Assembly (NCBI GenBank): GCA_963765765.1
Contig: CAVXYC010000019.1
Coordinates: forward strand, 288,001-352,000
Source of the DNA: an uncultured Chloroflexia bacterium
GTDB lineage: Bacteria > Chloroflexota > UBA6077 > JACCZL01
Direction of reading: 5' to 3'
DNA: 64,000 bases
Numbering within the stretch: position 1 is the first letter of the stretch; each line of letters opens with the position of its first letter. Shown here in pieces: positions 50,796-61,742 of the stretch. The notes beneath the pieces were generated by a model that made no database searches, was not told where the DNA came from, and worked only from the letters and a program-made list of their open reading frames with translations. Position numbers and translations under genes: made by a program.

Positions 50796-53124
50796 CTAAG
50801 CTCTGGCCTGATGAATGACCTGCCAGACCCGCTCGTCGGCCGCCGGCATGTCGATCTCGTCCGCACCGAAAGGTCGAAGCGCATCGAGCACCGCGTTGCG
50901 CACGGCCGGTGTGGCGCCAATGGTGCTGGCCTCCCCGATGCCTTTGATGCCCATGGGATTGCGCGTAGTCGGCGTCTCCGTGCGATCCAACTCAAAACTC
51001 GGCAGGTTGTGTGCGGTTGGCATCGCGTAATCCATGAACGATCCCGTAACGAGCTGGCCAGTTTCGTCATAGATCACGCCCTCGAAGAGCGCCTGTCCGG
51101 CTCCCTGAGCGATGCCGCCATGCCGCTGACCATCTGCGAGAAGAGGATTCGAGCACTGGGCCGCAATCATCTACCGCGATGTGACGGCGGAGCGTTACTC
51201 GGCCAGTATCTGGGTCGATGTCCACGATGGCAATGTGAACGCCGAACGGGAACGTCTCTCCCTCCGGCGTGTAATGGTGCGTGGACTCGAGGCCATACTC
51301 CATGCCCTCGGGCATCTTTCCCCCGTAGGCGGCGGCAACGACGCGAGCCCAAGGCGTGCTCTTATCCGGTGCGCCGCGGACAGAGAACTCACCGTTGGCT
51401 AGCTCAACGTCATCCGGCGAGGCCTCCATGAGGTTCGCCGCGATCTTGATCATTTTCTCGCGCACATCCACGGATGCCTTGAGCAAAGCAGTGCCGCCGA
51501 GGATTGCGCTGCGACTGCCCATGGTGCCGACACCCGTGGCTACGAGTGCCGTATCCCCATGGATCACCTCAATCTGATCCATGGGGACAGTGAGCTCATC
51601 GGCGATGACCTGTGAGAACGTTGTTTCGTGACCCTGCCCGTGCGGCGAGCTTCCGGTAAGTGCCGTGACCTGTCCGCCGGCCTCCACTCGGATCGTCCCG
51701 CTCTCCCAGGGCCCAAAGCCGCACACCTCCACGTACGCGGCTACACCGATCCCCATAAGCTTGCCAGCCGCTCGGGCTCGCTCCTGTTCGGCGCGCAGCT
51801 CGGAGTACTTCGCCATCTCCAGGGCTTTGTCCAGAGCACGCTCATACTCGCCAGAATCGAACACGCGACCGCCGCATGCCTGGTAGGGGAATTGGTCTGG
51901 CTGGATGAAGTTCACCCGCCGCACCTCGGCCGGATCGAGTTCGAGATCGTGGGCGATGCGATCCATAAGGCATTCCATCAGGTAGATCGCCTCGGGACGC
52001 CCGGCGCCGCGATAGGCGCCGATGGGCGTTTTGTTTGTAAATGCTCCGACGAGATCAAATGAATGCACCGGAATGTCGTAGTTCCCGGGGAGCATCATGC
52101 CTGTGGTCATGCCGAATAGCGGCGTGATGTACTGGTAGTAGCCACCACAATCAAAGGTGACACGCACTTTCATGCCTCGAACGCGCCCATTGGCGTCCAC
52201 GGCGGCGTCCGCCTCCTGTACCTGGCCACGACCGTGCATGGCAGCCTGGAGATTCTCCCGCCGGTCCTCGACCCATTTCACCGGCCGCTCCAGCCGCATA
52301 CTCATGATGCACGCGAGCACTTCCTCAGGCGAGAGATCGATTTTGTTGCCAAAGCCGCCGCCCACCTCAGGGGCGATGACGCGTACCGAATGCTCGGGCA
52401 ACCCAAGCGCCGTTGCCATACGTGTCCGCAAAGAGTGCGGCGTCTGAGTTGATGACCACAGCGTGAGCTGACCGGCGCCCTTCATGACCTTTCGGAAGTC
52501 GGCCACACACCCCCGTGGCTCCATGGCCGCCGGAAGCAGACGTTGGTTGATGACGCGCGTCTTGACGATCTTGTGAGCACCGGCGAACGCGGCTTCCAGG
52601 TCGCCCGTCTCCCGGTGCTGCCGATGTCCCACGTTCGTGCCGAACTGTTCGTGAATGAGAGGCGCGCCATCTTTGATCGCTTCCTCGGGATCGACCACTG
52701 CGTCAAGCGGCTCGTAGTCAACCTCGATAAGCGCCAGCGCATCGCGGGCCGCCGCTCGTGAGTCGGCGATGACTCCGGCAATCGGATCGCCAACGTAGCG
52801 GACCTTGTCCGTTGCCAGGACGCGGCGCTCGGGAGACTTACCATCCTGAAAGGCAGCCATCGGAATAAGCACCGGCAACGGGCCCGTGATCGCGTCGTTC
52901 ACGTCTTCCGCGGTGACCACGGCCAGCACTCCCGGTGCAGCCTGCGCCGCGGTCGTGTCAATGCTGTTGATACGCGCGTGCGCATACGGACTGCGAAGGA
53001 CCCCGAGATACGTGGTCCCCGCAAGATGCAGATCGTCCACGTACGTAGCGCCACCCGTGATGAGCGTGGGATCTTCGCGGCGCTTGATCGGCGTCCCGAG
53101 CAGCCGGGGCTGAGTTACGGTCAT
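50796..53124 (-). CDS. Xanthine dehydrogenase family molybdopterin-binding large subunit (CoxL form II-like); frameshift near 51150
   Basis: KRREDP, RSPYAHA, VGGGFGNK, AYRGAGR, HGQGHET, GTMGSRS, KGIGE. Confidence 0.9.
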
Positions 53125-53277
53125 GTCGTGTCTCCTCGAGGCGAGCAGGCGCGAGCCAAAGCAGTGCGCCCCGCTTGATCTTACCGTCAGACGATTATCG
53201 ATGCGTATTGTTCAGCCGTGCTAGCCTGCTCGATGACCCGGGTTGGCGTATGATTCCCGCCATCTGGAGGCGCAACT

Positions 53278-54025
53278 ATGTACGATGGGTTTCAGGCTGA
53301 AACCACCACGATGGTGGGACACAACGGCGACGTGATTGCCGCCTATCTTGCGAAGCCATTGGGCGCGGGGCCGTTTCCCGCGGTGGCGGTGCTGCACCAT
53401 ATGCCCGGCTGGGATGAGCCTTCCAAGCTCATCTGTGCCAAGTTAGCGTTGCACGGCTACATCGCGCTCATGCCCAACCTGCATCATCGCACGGGTCCCG
53501 GAAGTCCTGACGATCAAGCAGCGGCCGTCCGCGCCGAGGGCGGAAATCCGGATGAGCAGATTCTGGGGGATCTCCGCGGGGCATTGAGGGTCATCAGCTT
53601 GATGACCACCTGGAATGGCAAGCAGGCGGTGATGGGATTTTGCTCGGGCGGACGGCAGACTTACCTGGCCGCGGGGCGCATTCCAGAGCTCGACGCCGCC
53701 GTGGATTGCTGGGGCGGTCGAGTGATCGCCGCGGCAGATACGCTCTCCGAGCGTCAGCCGGTAGCACCCATCGAATACACCAAAGACATCAACTGCCCGC
53801 TCATGGGCATCTTTGGCAATGACGACGCTGAGCCTGATCCGGAGCAGGTCAACAAGACCGAAGCAACACTCAAGGAGCACGGGAAGAACGTACGAGTTCC
53901 ATCGTTACGATGGCGCTGGGCACGGTTTCTTCGCGGTTGACCGACCTGGCTATCGTCCTGTCCAGGCTACAGATGCCTGGAGTAAGATTTTCTCGTTCTA
54001 CGAAAAATATCTACACACCTCGTAA
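53278..54025 (+). CDS. Dienelactone hydrolase family protein (frameshift near 53890)
   Basis: GFCSGG, FGNDD, YDGAGHGFF. Confidence 0.88.
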
Positions 54026-54036
54026 GGAGATCCACA

Positions 54037-54330
54037 ATGTGCACTTACATTTACGAGCACGCCAACGTCCTGGGTAGCGCCAAGGGCCAGAAGGGCTGGT
54101 TCGAAGTCAACCGGGCAAACGTATGCTACGACCATCCGTCGCATGCGCCACTTGATCACGCCCTACTCCTGGATTTTGTGGACTCCACGAAGGGCCCGGA
54201 AGTTCGTGTAGGGCTCGAGCTGAGCTACGAGTCCGCTCAGGCGCTCGTCATTGCCATTACGAACGCGCTGGAAAGCGGCAAGATCGCCCATGCGGGCGTC
54301 CATGGACCCGAGCACGCCGAAGTCGCGTAG
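54037..54330 (+). CDS. DUF6295-like small protein
   Basis: RBS AAGGAG; MCTYI, GSAKG, YDHPSHAPLDHAL.LDF, RVGLELS. Confidence 0.75.
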   Translation: MCTYIYEHANVLGSAKGQKGWFEVNRANVCYDHPSHAPLDHALLLDFVDSTKGPEVRVGLELSYESAQALVIAITNALESGKIAHAGVHGPEHAEVA

Positions 54331-54367
54331 ATCTGTGGACCGTCCTTCTAGGACGATATGGGTTAAG

Positions 54368-54402
54368 AAAAACGGAGCAGGGATTCAATCCTGCTCCGTT
54401 TT
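54368..54402. terminator. Bidirectional intrinsic terminator
   Basis: aaaaacggagcagg-gattcaat-cctgctccgtttt. Confidence 0.8.
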
Positions 54403-54477
54403 GTGCGCTGTCATGGAGAAGCAAATCAGGGCCGAGATTGAGTAGGTAGTCGCCGCTCGCAACTTCCCAAGCCCAGA

Positions 54478-55428
54478 TCAGTTGAGCGGTGGTTCCACCT
54501 TCGGCGAAAGATCGGCGTGGTACATCAACAGGGCCAATCGGGCGCTCCGCCCCACTGTGTCGGCTGAGATGTGAGGTATGCCATTGCGACGATCGGATGT
54601 CCCGAGCTTATCGATCATGCCGTCGAAAATGAGCATATCGCCATTACCAGTCGCGAGAAACGGAACCGAGTCGAGCTGGCTCGGGAGCTTTTCGAGTGTG
54701 ATCGGATGTAAGTGGTCGAGCTCGGACATGATGCTTGTCGGCAGGAACATTGCGCCGCCGTACGGATTGAGCCCTTCTTCCAGCAACGAGCTCACCGACG
54801 CGCCCCATGCACCCGCGTTAACGTCGGTGTGCAGCATCGGTGTGATGCTACAGAGAGGCTGATCCTCGTCCTTGTTCAGGACAACCGAAAGCTGCTCGAC
54901 GAAGACGCTCGAGCCAAGACTATCGAGTTGTTCCAGAACTGAAATGATCTGATTCACGAAGCTCAGTGGGAATTCGTCGTCACCTCTCAGTCGGCTCACC
55001 TGATCCTTCCACCACTTCAAGCCACCGACCAGGCTCGAGCGATCGTCAAATTCCCTGATTCTGAGTGAGAGCAGGATATTTCCGTGCGCCGGGCCGCGCG
55101 TGCCTGACGATCTCGAAAGCGCCGTTATGACCTCGGATGGGTTATCGACTGGCCCATAGCCGCCCTTCTCCGCCCGCCAAGGCCAGTCATGGCTCAGCTC
55201 CATGGCTGACAGCAATCTCAGGGGCCAGTCAGGCTTACTCATGGCCCTTCGAACGACGGGGTTATCGAAGGCGCCGCGCCAGACCATCAGGCGCCATGAT
55301 TCATCTGATTCACGCATGGCGCCAACGAGATCCGTAGGGTCTGATCGCACCATCACGACGCCATCCTGAACAGATGCGTCACCGTAATCGAAGCAGAACA
55401 TCGCAACACTCCAGCGATCTACGGTCAA
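54478..55428 (-). CDS. Hypothetical protein with a 2OG-Fe(II)/DUF1826-like motif set; start uncertain
   Basis: PMLHTD ... GDMLIFDG ... GIPHISA ... ARLALL. Confidence 0.5.
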   Translation of the reverse strand: MTVDRWSVAMFCFDYGDASVQDGVVMVRSDPTDLVGAMRESDESWRLMVWRGAFDNPVVRRAMSKPDWPLRLLSAMELSHDWPWRAEKGGYGPVDNPSEVITALSRSSGTRGPAHGNILLSLRIREFDDRSSLVGGLKWWKDQVSRLRGDDEFPLSFVNQIISVLEQLDSLGSSVFVEQLSVVLNKDEDQPLCSITPMLHTDVNAGAWGASVSSLLEEGLNPYGGAMFLPTSIMSELDHLHPITLEKLPSQLDSVPFLATGNGDMLIFDGMIDKLGTSDRRNGIPHISADTVGRSARLALLMYHADLSPKVEPPLN

Positions 55429-55648
55429 TCAAACCGTAGTGGTCGATCCGAAGTGCAATCACCGCCACGGTTATGGCGGATGGCTACTGGTCCCCATCGA
55501 GTTACAAGTGGTCAGACGGCACTTAGAAGAAACTGCTGCAAGTATGGCCGTTTTGTTGATCTCCGGCCATTGACATCCCAGCGCGGTGACGGATTATCCG
55601 GCCTGGAAGCCCCGCCCTCGACCCGCGCGGCGATTCTAGGTGAGCAAA

Positions 55649-55679
55649 AAGAGGCCGGGAACGTGCTTCCCGGCCTCTT
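55649..55679 (-). terminator. Intrinsic terminator
   Basis: aagaggccgggaa-cgtgc-ttcccggcctctt with an A-run on the left (U-tail on the minus strand). Confidence 0.75.
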
Positions 55680-55706
55680 CCTTCTGATCCTAGATTCGAA
55701 TTCGGT

Positions 55707-56565
55707 TCAGGCAACAACCATTGGAACCTGCGTTGGAGCGCTCAACAGCTCAACCGGGCGATTCACCAGCGGCCGTCGGTACAGCCGGTGTCGGGCGCCG
55801 CGGACCTCATGCTCGAGCTGGTAGAGCTTTTCACCGGTGTCTGGATCCACAATATCGACGAAGCGGAACTGGTGGTTATTGATGCCTTCGGACACCAGGC
55901 CGCGTTCGTTCATGAACTCGAAGGGCTTGGAGAAATTGAGGATGTAGATCTGGACGTGATGTCCGTCATATTGCTCTGAAGCGGCCTTGTCTGACTCACG
56001 GAAGATTAGCTCCTGGCTCGTGCCCGATTCGACGTGGGCGGCCGATTCCGTTCGAGCTATCTTCCATGGAGTAAGGCGCTCCAAGGCCGCGCTGGTAGAA
56101 CTCGCCGATGCGTTGAGCAGTGCCACGCGGTACGGAAAACTCTACGTACGGAATGCCGCGTGTCATGCCATTGAAGCGTTCGGACGGGCCGTAGCAGTGG
56201 AACTCGTTTCCCCAGGGACAAATGGCACGAACGTAGTCGCCCTCATCGGAAAACTCAAACTCCGTGCCAGACAGACCATCGCGAATGGATGCCAGGCGGT
56301 CCTTCAGTGCGGTCAGATCTGGAGTAACGATGCCAATGTGGCCAGGGATTCGTTGAGGGTTTCCTGTTGGCAAGTGGCACTGATTCTCGCCCAGGTTCAC
56401 CCACATGTTGTTGACGCCGACCATCATGTACGGATCACGCGTGAACCCCAGGCCAACGATGTAGAACAGCGTTGCTTGGCCCTGATCCGGAACGCGTACG
56501 TTGACATGCTCGAGGTAAAGGATGTTACCGACATCCTCTCCTCGGAGACCGTTCGTATCACTCAT
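55707..56565 (-). CDS. Two-domain VOC/glyoxalase-like protein (frameshift near 56040)
   Basis: RBS AGGAGG; EDVGNILYLEHVN, GLGFTRDPY, NMWVNLG, CPWGN, YDGHHVQIY, HQFRF, LEHEVR. Confidence 0.75.
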
Positions 56566-56906
56566 TGGCGGCACCCTCCTGATTAGCTCGAATGCTAGCA
56601 GGAGAACGTGAGCCGCGCCACAGTTGGGAGCGTTCAACCTGAGAAGCGCCATGCGCTCCGGCGCACGGATACGCCATGAACACCGAGGATCTTGCCGTCG
56701 TCACCGGAGTTCCGCTCTATTGCGGCTCGGATCCGGACGTTCTGCGCTCGCTTCTGGCAGTCCCGAGAAACTCGTGTTCATGAGAGGTAGAATCACTGGG
56801 CGTCAGAACGCCGTCAAAGATTGCTCGCAAATCAACTCGAATCCTCGTCGCTTGAGTGAAATCCGTTGTCGCCTTGGGTCACGCGCGGTTGTGTATGCTC
56901 GGTCTC

Positions 56907-57723
56907 ATGCAAGAGCAGTCGCGGCAGCTCTCGTTCGAGGATCTGACGAACGATGGTGACCTGTCCATCCCGCCGCCCTTACCCGCTGAGCCGCCACGGC
57001 CTGCCAGGCTGCCTTCTTCCAGCGAAGCGCTCGCCTATGTGCTGGAACGGAGCGCAAGGCGCAAGTCCACGATTCAGATAAGCGTTCTACCTGATCTCAC
57101 TGTGCGGGTGGTGGCGCCCGTTCGCACTCCTCGTTCGCGGATCGATGCATTGGTTCGCGAGCGCCAGGCCTGGATTTTGAAGCGGCGCGATGAGGTTTGG
57201 AGATCGCAGCTCAAACGCGTCGAACGCCGCTGGGAGTCGGGTGAACGGTTGCCATACCTCGACGAGGAGCTCGAGCTACGAATCCGGCCGGTCGCCGGAC
57301 AGAAGATGGTGCAGGCTATTCGTCAGGAGCTCCTGGCTGGACGTCCGGGTGCCGGCGGGGCTTGATAGTTCCGAGCCGATCGTGCGGGTAGTTCACAAGT
57401 GGTATAGCCTCCAGGCTCAACGAGTGTTCGCTCAGCGTGTACTCCACTATGCTGAGCCCCTTGGCGTGGAGCCCATGAGGGTACTGGTGCGCAATCAGTC
57501 AAGCCGTTGGGGGAGCTGTGCGAGTGATGGCAGTTTGCGCTTCTGCTGGCGGCTCATCCTCGCGCCGCAACGAGTCCTTGACTATGTGGTGGTGCACGAG
57601 CTGAGTCATCTGAGGCACCCACATCACCAGCGCCCGTTCTGGGCATGTGTGGAGTCGATCCTGCCACAGTACAACAAGCTTCGAGCCGAGCTGAAACGTG
57701 ATGGGAACAGCTACACACTGTGA
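56907..57723 (+). CDS. YgjP/DUF45 (M48/SprT-like) zinc metalloprotease-like protein (frameshift near 57330)
   Basis: RSARRKST, GERLPYL, SRWGSC, DYVVVHELSHLRHPHH...FW. Confidence 0.85.
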
Positions 57724-57854
57724 AGCGGGAGCTTTTGGAGTGCGGCGAAGACCGCCGCGGTCCAAAGTCTGTAGCTGAGCGTCTAAGTCCCGTCCACGTG
57801 GCCCGCTGTTAGAATTCAGCAAGTTGATGACTACTTTGCAAAGGAGCGAAGCCA

Positions 57855-59073
57855 ATGCTTACACAAGAAGCTAACCAACGCCTCGCCCAAGTAGGTCCCG
57901 GCACGGCCGGTGGCAACCTCCTACGGCGATACTGGCATCCAATAGCCACGGTCGTTGAGCTCGAGAAGGAGCCTGTCCTGGCGGTGAAGCTGCTGGGCGA
58001 GAATCTCGCGCTTTACAAGTCCCCAAATGGTGACCTCGGGCTCATGGCAGAACGCTGCCCGCATCGCGGCGCCAGCATGGTCTACGGGATCCCTGAGGAT
58101 GGCGGCTTGCGCTGTCCGTACCACGGTTGGAAGTTCTCCGAGGAAGGCGCGTGCTCTGGAGCAGCCGGCCGAGCCAGAGGACAGCACCTTCAAGCACCGA
58201 GTGCGCATTCCCGCTTACCCGGTCCAGGAGATGGGTGGGCTGATCTGGGCGTACCTCGGGCCCGCACCGGCGCCAATTCTCCCCAAGTTCGACCTTTTTG
58301 TTCGCGATGACATCAAGCGGTCCATCGGCATCACCGTGCTGCCGTGCAATTGGGTGCAGATGATGGAGAACTCGCTTGACCCTGTCCATCTCGAGTATCT
58401 CCACGGCATGCTGACGAATTACACGCTCAAGAAGCAGGGCAAGCCCCCGTCGGCGGCGGTGAAGCATCATCTCAAGATTGGCTTCGACGTGTGGAAGCAC
58501 GGTATCTCAAAGCGTCGCCTCCTGGAGGGTCAGGCCGAGGATTGCGACGATTGGACGCGCGGGCATCCGATCCTGTTTCCCAACATTCTGGCGGTGGGCG
58601 ACGAAAGCTGCCCTGAGTACCAGATCCGCGTTCCGATGGACGATACGACCACGCTCTACTACTGGTACAACACAAGCCCGTTGGGCCCCGGTGAGGAAGC
58701 TCAGAAGCCGACGGATATTCCGATCTGGGAGAACCCGTACCAGCACGACAATGGCCGTCTCGTGGTCGAGACTGTCAACGGCCAGGACATGATGGCGTTC
58801 CTGACGCAGGGGCCCATCTCTCTGCGCGAAGCCGAACGCCTGGGAACCTCGGATAAGGGCGTCATCCTGTTCCGCAGCGTCATGTTTGAGCAGATGGAGA
58901 GGGTAGCACGGGGCGAAGATCCGCTCGGTGTGCTACGCGATCCGGCGGAGGATGTGATCATTCGCATTCCGCGCGAGAACAAAGCGCACTACGTGGTGGG
59001 TGAGTTCATCGCCGCCGACGACGAGAACATGCCGGCCGCGATCAAGAAGGAATTTACGGGGATCACTCGGTAG
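57855..59073 (+). CDS. Rieske oxygenase, phthalate 4,5-dioxygenase-like (frameshift near 58155)
   Basis: MLTQEANQRLAQVGPGT, CPHRG...CPYHGW, ENSLDPVHLEYLH, QDMMA, ERLGTSDKG. Confidence 0.9.
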
Positions 59074-59255
59074 GCTCTTAATAGGCTGAGCTTTGGAACG
59101 CCCGGGTCCGACCGCCCGGACGTTCCGGTCCCCGGGAATTCCTCATCCCGGTTCGCCTGTTGGTTTAAGGTCGGTTCTGACGTGTTGACGTCTCGAGCGA
59201 GTTCCTCAGCGGGACGCACTGTCGGCCGTTTATCGATCGCACGCATGGGGAGCTC

Positions 59256-60121
59256 ATGATTCATAGGCGACGAGCTATTGCGCTGCTCGCAGTGTCGTTA
59301 GCATCGCTCAGACTGCCTTTGCGGGCTTTGGCGGAGCCTCGGGCAGACGATGCGGGCGAGCCCTCGGATGGCGTTGTTCGAGCGCTTGCGCGCATCAACA
59401 GTTATCGCGACGCCGCGGGTGTCTCACCTGCCGACCTCGACCAGGCTCTGATGCGCTCCGCGGGCGGCCATGTGGCCTATTACGAGCAGAACCTTAATGC
59501 GGGCATGGCAGGGCTCGGCCTGCACCAACAAGCCCCGGAACGCCCGGGCTTCACCGGGGTGACCATGGGGGAGCGGGCGAGCGCCGCCGGTTACCCGGTA
59601 GGCCTGTCACCGAGTTGGCCGGATTTGGCGGCCTTGTGGCTGCGGTGGACTGGGCTATGGACACTGTCAATCACCGCTTGCCCCTCATTCATCCGAGCGC
59701 GCTGGTCATGGGCCTGGCGGAGTCTGTCACCAGCGGCTTCAACGTCATTGCAGTGGGATTGCAGCGCGGGCTCGGCTACGCGGAGCTGCCCTCGTTCTAC
59801 CCGGCGGATGGTGCCGGCAACGTTCCGTTGCACTGGGATGGCGGCGAAGCGCCTGATCCCGCGCCCGACCTGCCCCGCCCTCTCGGCTATCCGATCACCG
59901 TGTGTTTCGGGCTGGGACAAAAGGTGGAGTGGCAGGCACTGGAGCTACGCGGGCCAGATGACCAGCCCGTTGCAGCAACTGTGCGGGAAACTCCGTGGAT
60001 GAGTGCCGCGACACTCATTCCGCATGAGCCGCTGGCTCATTCCACGCGTTACGTGGTGAAGCTAAGCGCCCGGGTTGACGGGGCTGATGCCAGCCGCGAA
60101 ACGTCGTTCCAGACGAGGTAG
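59256..60121 (+). CDS. Tat-exported CAP/SCP-domain protein with C-terminal Ig-like domain (frameshift near 59600)
   Basis: IHRRRAIALL signal; RINSYR..AG, AGGH, W.MDTVNHRLPL, GYPITV, LIPHEPL. Confidence 0.7.
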
Positions 60122-60132
60122 AGAAAATGAGA

Positions 60133-60169
60133 CAGGGACCACCGGACTGGACTTGTCCTGCGGTCCCTG
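60133..60169. terminator. Hairpin between convergent genes
   Basis: cagggacc ... ggtccctg. Confidence 0.45.
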
Positions 60170-60193
60170 CAGTCGCTTAAGACCTAGTCTCCA

Positions 60194-61507
60194 CTAGCCA
60201 ACTGGGAGGATCAGCTTCTCTCCTCGTCTGGCCGACTCACCAGCCTCGTTAGCAACGTCCCACGGATCGTCATCAGGGCCAATGATGATCTCTTCTGATC
60301 GAATCTTGTTCCAGGGGATTGTATCGCTAAGGCCAGGTGGCTCAATGCCGTTCTGGAGATTTCTGGCAGCGGTGATGAGCTGCTGACGTAAGCGAATGAT
60401 CGCCGCGTCAGCGGGGTAAAGCTGCTCCTGCGTTCGGTCGTAGATCTGGCCCATGCTCTCCGTCATGGCGTAGTCCTGCTCAGGAATCGGCCAAATTCCC
60501 GCGTAGAATGTGCGCTTCTGGGCCGCGCGATCGATCATGTAGTCGTTATCTGCCCTCTTCAAGCGCATGGACGGATTGGCGGGATCCATCAGCATGGAGC
60601 GCTCTTGAAATGCGATGCGCTCGTCCGCGGTGAATGGGCGGTCTTCGTTGTACTGAACATGGATGCGGAAGCAGTTGTAATCGTCAATGGGAACGGCATT
60701 GAGCATGGTTCCCGCACGACCCTGCGCCGCGATGAATGTGTGCTCTGGAAGCACGTGGCAGTTAATGCGAATGTGCTTGTTGCCCTTGTCCGTGGGACGC
60801 ACGGCGATGAGTCGGAAGCCGTATTCCGTATCCTGGACATCGATTTGAGCGTACCGATACTTTGCTCGAATATAGAGCGAATATTGTGGCGAGCAATAGC
60901 CGGGCTTATCGGTCTCAATGCCGACAGGATTCAAATCCTGGTAGTAGGTGTGCAGTGTGCCAAGGTGAGTAGAGTCGATGTTTCCTTCAACACTCTGGAG
61001 CCAATTGCAATAGATCGGTACGCGAGCAACCATGACGTGCTCTGGCTTCAGGTGGTTGTAGACGAAGCTGGGCGGGCTGGGGCGCTTCTCGGGTGGCCCC
61101 ATATACGTCCAGCACAATCCCGCGGATTCGATAACCGGATAGGCTCGCATTCTCACGCGATCTTTGAAATCGTTCCCCGGCGCGTCCGATGGCGCGTCAA
61201 TGCACTTGCCCTCGGGATTGAACTTGAACCCATGGTAGATGCAGGTAATGCCGGAGCCCTGGTTGAGACCATAGAATAGCGATGCGCCTCGGTGGGGACA
61301 GTTCTCCTGGATAAGACCTACGCGTCCATCGGAATCCCGAAACGCAATCAGCTTCTCGCCGAGCAGTCCGACGCGAACGGGCGGCCCCTCCGGCTCGGGA
61401 AGCTCCTGGCTCAGCAGAAACGGCTGCCAGTAACGACGAAAGAGCTCGCCCATGGGCGTGCCCCGATCGGTCCGCGTGACGAGATCATTCTCTTCACGAG
61501 TCAGCAT
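60194..61507 (-). CDS. Rieske oxygenase, phthalate 4,5-dioxygenase/LigX-like
   Basis: GTPMGELFRRYW, CPHRG...CIYHG, EGNIDSTHLGTLH, QDYAMTESMG. Confidence 0.93.
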   Translation of the reverse strand: MLTREENDLVTRTDRGTPMGELFRRYWQPFLLSQELPEPEGPPVRVGLLGEKLIAFRDSDGRVGLIQENCPHRGASLFYGLNQGSGITCIYHGFKFNPEGKCIDAPSDAPGNDFKDRVRMRAYPVIESAGLCWTYMGPPEKRPSPPSFVYNHLKPEHVMVARVPIYCNWLQSVEGNIDSTHLGTLHTYYQDLNPVGIETDKPGYCSPQYSLYIRAKYRYAQIDVQDTEYGFRLIAVRPTDKGNKHIRINCHVLPEHTFIAAQGRAGTMLNAVPIDDYNCFRIHVQYNEDRPFTADERIAFQERSMLMDPANPSMRLKRADNDYMIDRAAQKRTFYAGIWPIPEQDYAMTESMGQIYDRTQEQLYPADAAIIRLRQQLITAARNLQNGIEPPGLSDTIPWNKIRSEEIIIGPDDDPWDVANEAGESARRGEKLILPVG

Positions 61508-61742
61508 CCAGCGACCTCCTGGCTTGGTGCGTCAACCGTAGTTGAGGTCTAGTGGAGAGTCAAGAATTGAGAGAAGCTGGAGTGCGATTGGACCCGTGCA
61601 ACGATCAGTTTGACAAAGACAATCGGCAGATTTACGGATAGTCGGGCGAATCCGCGTAAGGGCAGCCTTTGGGCCGGGCCGACAGGATGTCGGTAGTCCA
61701 AAGGCCTCGATTGCAGTCCGGCATATAATTTCCGCGCCCTCC

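Noticed and set aside
50796-53124. True aerobic CO dehydrogenase
   Set aside because: AYRGAGR motif, not form I AYXCSFR; no coxMS or accessory genes
55523-55576. MSMAGDQQNGHTCSSFF as a RiPP precursor for the adjacent oxygenase-like ORF
   Set aside because: Only 17 codons, weak RBS, and no leader motif, transporter or peptidase
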